Sequence record: EF517042.1
Length of the DNA stretch: 541 nucleotides
Strand: one strand, 5' to 3'
DNA from: a phage
The notes beneath the pieces were generated by a model. It made no database searches. It saw only the letters and a program-made list of their open reading frames with translations, and had not been told where the DNA came from. Made by a program: the position numbers and the translations under genes. Below are positions 1 through 541 of the stretch, piece after piece (position 1 is the stretch's first letter; every line of letters starts with the position of its first letter).

Positions 1-292
1 TACTGTGGAGGCACGACGAGGTGAGATGGCTGTAGGCTCTCACGCTAAGGATTACAACCACAACTCTATCGGCGTCTGCCTTGTTGGTGGTATCGACGAT
101 AAAGGTAAGTTCGACGCTAACTTTACGCCAGTCCAAATGCAATCCCTTCGCTCACTGCTTGTCACACTGCTGGCTAAGTACGAAGGCGCTGTGCTTCGCG
201 CCCATCATGAGGTGGCGCCGAAGGCTTGCCCTTCGTTCGACCTTAAGCGTTGGTGGGAGAAGAACGAACTGGTCACTTCTGACCGTGGATGA
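1..292 (+). CDS. 3.5: T7-type lysozyme / N-acetylmuramoyl-L-alanine amidase (also the T7 RNA polymerase inhibitor), 5'-partial; C-terminal ~96 residues, stop TGA at 290-292
   Basis: Frame 2 is open from the window edge (codon 2-4 ACT = Thr precedes the ORF-track GTG at 5-7) to TGA 290-292. The translation TVEARRGEMAVGSHAKDYNHNSIGVCLVGGIDDKGKFDANFTPVQMQSLRSLLVTLLAKYEGAVLRAHHEVAPKACPSFDLKRWWEKNELVTSDRG matches, near-identically, the C-terminal part of phage T7 lysozyme as I recall it, which ends ...KRWWEKNELVTSDRG. Conserved zinc-ligand and catalytic positions are present: His codon 203-205, Lys 221-223, Cys 227-229. The true start lies upstream of the window; the GTG at 5 is a track artefact. 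Confidence 0.93.
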   Translation, partial: TVEARRGEMAVGSHAKDYNHNSIGVCLVGGIDDKGKFDANFTPVQMQSLRSLLVTLLAKYEGAVLRAHHEVAPKACPSFDLKRWWEKNELVTSDRG

Positions 293-293
293 T

Positions 294-316
294 TAATTGA
301 ACTCACTAAAGGGAGA
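294..316 (+). promoter_or_regulatory. T7 RNA polymerase promoter, class II, phi3.8-type; predicted transcription start at G311
   Basis: TAATTGAACTCACTAAAGGGAGA at 294-316 aligns with the 23-bp T7 consensus TAATACGACTCACTATAGGGAGA (-17 to +6) with 4 mismatches (-13, -12, -11, -2). The core CTCACTA and the GGGAGA initiation region are intact. Its position, one base after the lysozyme stop and 45 nt before the next ATG, matches the T7 gene 3.5 / phi3.8 / gene 3.8 arrangement. Confidence 0.88.
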
Positions 317-343
317 CCACAGCGATTTCCCTTTGTTCGCATT

Positions 344-349
344 GGAGGT
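344..349 (+). promoter_or_regulatory. Shine-Dalgarno ribosome-binding site for the downstream HNH endonuclease gene
   Basis: GGAGGT at 344-349, followed by a 6-nt A/T-rich spacer (CAAATA, 350-355) and ATG at 356-358. Confidence 0.75.
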
Positions 350-355
350 CAAATA

Positions 356-541
356 ATGCGCAAGTCTTATAAACAATTCTATAAGGCTCCGAGGAGGCAT
401 ATCCAAGTGTGGGAGGCAGCCAATGGGCCTATACCAAAAGGTTATTATATAGACCACATTGACGGCAATTCACTCAACGACGCCTTAGACAATCTCCGTC
501 TGACTTTCCCAAAAGAAAACTCATGGAACATGAAGACTCCA
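356..541 (+). CDS. 3.8: HNH-family endonuclease (T7 gene 3.8-like), 3'-partial; first 62 codons, continues beyond the window
   Basis: ATG at 356 with an upstream GGAGGT; the frame is open through 541 with no stop. The translation is MRKSYKQFYKAPRRHIQVWEAANGPIPKGYYIDHIDGNSLNDALDNLRLTFPKENSWNMKTP. It carries the HNH signature HIQVWEAANGPIPKGYYIDHIDGN...N, with the conserved His at codon 455-457 in DHIDGN and the conserved Asn at 491-493 in DNLRL. Position directly after lysozyme and its promoter matches T7 gene 3.8. It is not in the supplied ORF track only because it lacks an in-window stop. Confidence 0.88.
   Translation, partial: MRKSYKQFYKAPRRHIQVWEAANGPIPKGYYIDHIDGNSLNDALDNLRLTFPKENSWNMKTP

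Noticed and set aside
5-7. GTG at 5-7 reported as the start of the 95-aa ORF
   Set aside because: The frame is open to the window edge (ACT at 2-4) and the protein matches the internal part of T7 lysozyme, whose start is upstream. The GTG is an internal Val codon, not a start.
81-296. 71-aa ORF from the supplied track (MLVVSTIKVSS...), in a different frame and fully overlapping the lysozyme gene
   Set aside because: It begins at a TTG with no convincing Shine-Dalgarno, lies entirely inside the strongly supported lysozyme reading frame, and its translation has no recognisable motif. Its stop (TAA 294-296) falls inside the promoter. Most likely a chance alternate-frame ORF.
293-355. Rho-independent terminator between the lysozyme and HNH genes
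   Set aside because: There is no GC-rich stem followed by a U tract. The only candidate hairpin (311-331) is short and is followed by CUUUGUUCGC, not a poly-U run. This fits T7-like class II genes being read through from upstream promoters.
392-409. In-frame AGGAGG (392-397) followed after 9 nt by GTG (407-409) inside the HNH gene, a possible internal start
   Set aside because: The upstream ATG at 356 has a well-spaced RBS and sits directly after the promoter leader. Starting at 407 would delete the conserved N-terminal residues. The AGGAGG simply encodes Arg-Arg and is most likely coincidental.
412-452. GGAGG (412-416) followed by an out-of-frame ATG (423-425) that opens a 9-codon ORF (MGLYQKVII, stop TAG 450-452)
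   Set aside because: It is too short and is embedded in the HNH coding frame with no supporting features. Treated as a chance occurrence.
1-541. Reverse-strand coding potential
   Set aside because: No reverse-strand ORF appears in the six-frame track, and the + strand is fully explained by two genes and an intergenic promoter and leader. I saw no convincing antisense promoter or RNA structure.

Overview
This window reads as a textbook segment of a T7-like podophage (T7 itself or a very close relative), all on the + strand. It contains the 3' two-thirds of the lysozyme/amidase gene (gene 3.5, residues ~56-151, stop at 290-292), then a 23-nt T7-RNA-polymerase promoter of the phi3.8 type (294-316, predicted start G311) beginning one base after the stop, then a 45-nt leader with a GGAGGT ribosome-binding site (344-349), then the 5' end of an HNH endonuclease gene (gene 3.8, 356 to the window end). 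The supplied ORF track omits this HNH gene because it runs off the 3' edge without a stop. Spacings (stop to +1 = 19 nt, +1 to ATG = 45 nt) match what I recall for T7. I see no evidence of a previously undescribed system; the points worth a second look are the unlisted HNH gene, a possible 5' leader hairpin, and a few apparent lysozyme substitutions relative to the T7 reference as I remember it. All assignments are from reading the sequence and recalled knowledge, with no database search.
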